Shown one piece after another: positions 62,202-64,000 of a stretch of DNA of 64,000 bases (the stretch's first letter is position 1; each line of letters begins with the position of its first letter). Position numbers and translations under genes: made by a program. The notes beneath the pieces were generated by a model, which saw only the letters and a list, made by a program, of their open reading frames with translations, was not told the origin of the DNA and did no database searches. The DNA lies in NCBI GenBank assembly GCA_965214835.1, contig CBDCCK010000002.1, forward strand, positions 1,760,001 to 1,824,000, in the 5' to 3' direction. Source of the stretch: Nitrosopumilaceae archaeon. Lineage in GTDB: Archaea > Thermoproteota > Nitrososphaeria > Nitrososphaerales > Nitrosopumilaceae.

Positions 62202-62939
62202 ATGAACTCAAAACAGAGAGCCGGGATTCTTGCAGCATCGGCAATGGTTGCAATCATTACCATTGCAGGAGCCGCCGGAGTCCAAGAGTCCGGTGCTGCC
62301 AGGACCGTGACCTACGAGGTCACCGTTACGAATATCACGCCGGGCCAGCCGATCACTCCCCCCCTGCTGGTGACTCACGCCAGTGATGCCGGGTTTTTCA
62401 CGGTAGGCCATGAATCCAGCGAGCAGCTGCGGCAGCTTGCAGAAAACGGCAATGCAGAGCCGCTGGTTCAAAGCATGACTGGAAACGACGGGATCCTGGA
62501 TGTAATACAGGGCACCACGCCACTTGTTCCGGCAAACGATCCGGGACAGACGGGTCTTGCCCATTCTGAAACGTTTATGGTTTCTGCCAGCGGAGGCCAC
62601 AAATACCTGTCGTTTGCAAGCATGCTAGTCTGTACAAATGACGGCTTTGCAGGAATCGACGGCGTCAGGCTGCCCTACTACCACGAAAAGACGGTGTATG
62701 CAAAGGCATATGACGCAAGGACTGAGATGAACACGGAGGACTTTGCTGACCTGGTTCCGCCATGTCAGGGCGCCATCGGGATCGCCTCAGACGACGAGGG
62801 AACCGGTGAAAGTAATCCAGAAATCTCAGAGGAGGGAATAGTCATCCCACACCCGGGAATCACAGGCGACGATGATCTCACGGATGCCCACATGTGGGGC
62901 GGCCCTGTCGTTAAGATAGACATCGTACGGATGGGATAA
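62202..62939 (+). CDS. secreted Spondin_N-domain protein
   Basis: Signal peptide; YEVTVTN.T..QP.TP...TH, LAENG, LSFASML..TNDGF.G, YDARTE.N motifs. Confidence 0.8.
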   Translation: MNSKQRAGILAASAMVAIITIAGAAGVQESGAARTVTYEVTVTNITPGQPITPPLLVTHASDAGFFTVGHESSEQLRQLAENGNAEPLVQSMTGNDGILDVIQGTTPLVPANDPGQTGLAHSETFMVSASGGHKYLSFASMLVCTNDGFAGIDGVRLPYYHEKTVYAKAYDARTEMNTEDFADLVPPCQGAIGIASDDEGTGESNPEISEEGIVIPHPGITGDDDLTDAHMWGGPVVKIDIVRMG

Positions 62940-62978
62940 ACCCCCCACCATTTATTTTTCTAGATCACGTACCTAGGA

Positions 62979-63833
62979 TGTAGGATCCAGATAGTTCGCC
63001 CCCCGTGATCCGTCATTGGGGCGGGCCTGCCGTGCTTCTGCATGGCCCCGTCAAGCACCTTGAGGGCGTTTTCTGCAGTCGCGTTGCCAAATATGCCGCA
63101 TCCGGTCACGAACCGGGATGCGTCGTCCTCGTAGCACAAAAACCGCCTGCCGTCGTGCATCCCGCCGTGTATCTGCTTCCAGTCCGTGTGCCACATGGAG
63201 TTAGAGTACTCCGTCTCCCAGCGCAGCCACCTGCGTTTTCTGCGCCCGTTGGACTCGTCTCTGGCCATCTCCTCGTCCTTTAGCATGCCGTGCAGTGTAT
63301 GTCGTGGGATACTAATCCCGGTATTCTCCCTTGTGAGATCCTGCAGCGATGCCGCACCCAGGTGCTCGGACGGCCGCACCGAGAGGACCGCCGAGTGCTC
63401 CCTGCGCCCGGGCATGCCGTTTGGGGGCCTTCCCGTCCGTGCGGGATGCGATATGTCCTGTACGGTGTGGGACCTGTGCCGGGCCCACGGCTTTTGTATC
63501 CAGCGGACCGAGACGTTCATGGACTGGGCTATCTGGGCGTTTGTCATGTCTCCCTCTTGCTTTTGACGTACTAGACTTTGCGTAATCGATCTGAATGAGA
63601 TGAATTTGTTCGTAATGGTCCTAATCTGAACCGATTACGCAAAGTCTACTATCCACCGTACGTCTGATTTGTTTAGCTTTATGTTGTTGGGTCGTGCAAG
63701 ACTGACGTATTTGCCAGCCCTTTTGCGCCAGACCCACACACCCTTGTTTCCAGTGGCATACACGAGACCAGTGCATCTGATCCTGACCGACTTCACCATC
63801 GGACAAGGGGCGAGCTACTTTTTGGATTATAGA
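62979..63833 (-). mobile_element. internally deleted IS481 copy (of 21659-22805) retaining both ends
   Basis: Near-identical N-terminal transposase that jumps from TDHG straight to the right end; MITE E inserted upstream of the ATG. Confidence 0.85.
63574..63646. mobile_element. MITE family E (73 bp) in the IS481 leader
   Basis: 15-bp TIR GACTTTGCGTAATCG; 5-bp TSD TACTA, confirmed against the empty site in the IS481 copy near 21838. Confidence 0.9.
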
Positions 63834-64000
63834 TCCTTGGTGCAGGCTTTACAGCGGCAACTGCCTTGAAATCGCCCAATCGCTAAAACCCGATGACGGT
63901 ACTTTGAGGAGTCACTGTCAGAGCAGGCACTGCAATACCATCCTTGAACGATTGACCAAAATCCTGCATTCTGTAATCTAATATACCAAACAAACCCAAA

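Overview
Archaeal DNA, most likely an ammonia-oxidising Nitrososphaerota of the Nitrosopumilus/Cenarchaeum type. This is inferred from the core genes aIF-1A, aIF-5A, SRP54, Pus10, Dph6, rps24e/rps27ae, apgM, thiDN, ppa and an intron-containing tRNA-Tyr. Heavy IS load and a giant repeat surface protein suggest a host-associated (e.g. sponge) lineage, which is inference only. Short core-gene blocks alternate with accessory stretches holding intact and decayed IS630, ISH3-like, IS66, IS481, IS3, IS5, IS6 and IS110 elements and six short MITE families (called A-F here), several inserted into transposase genes. The most notable observations are: (1) an exact 37-bp direct duplication flanking a 36-bp foreign sequence inside an IS630 transposase, the geometry of a Cas1-Cas2-type spacer integration at a non-CRISPR site; (2) three MITE families with different ends sharing one internal hairpin core; (3) a four-layer nested IS/MITE stack; (4) an HNH/degenerate-HIT + SNF2 + SWIM gene cluster; (5) ribosomal protein S24e with 14 identical acidic 15-aa repeats; (6) a 2375-aa propeller/Ig/solute-binding surface protein; (7) a probable provirus remnant at the window start. 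All family assignments come from motif recognition by eye; no searches were run.
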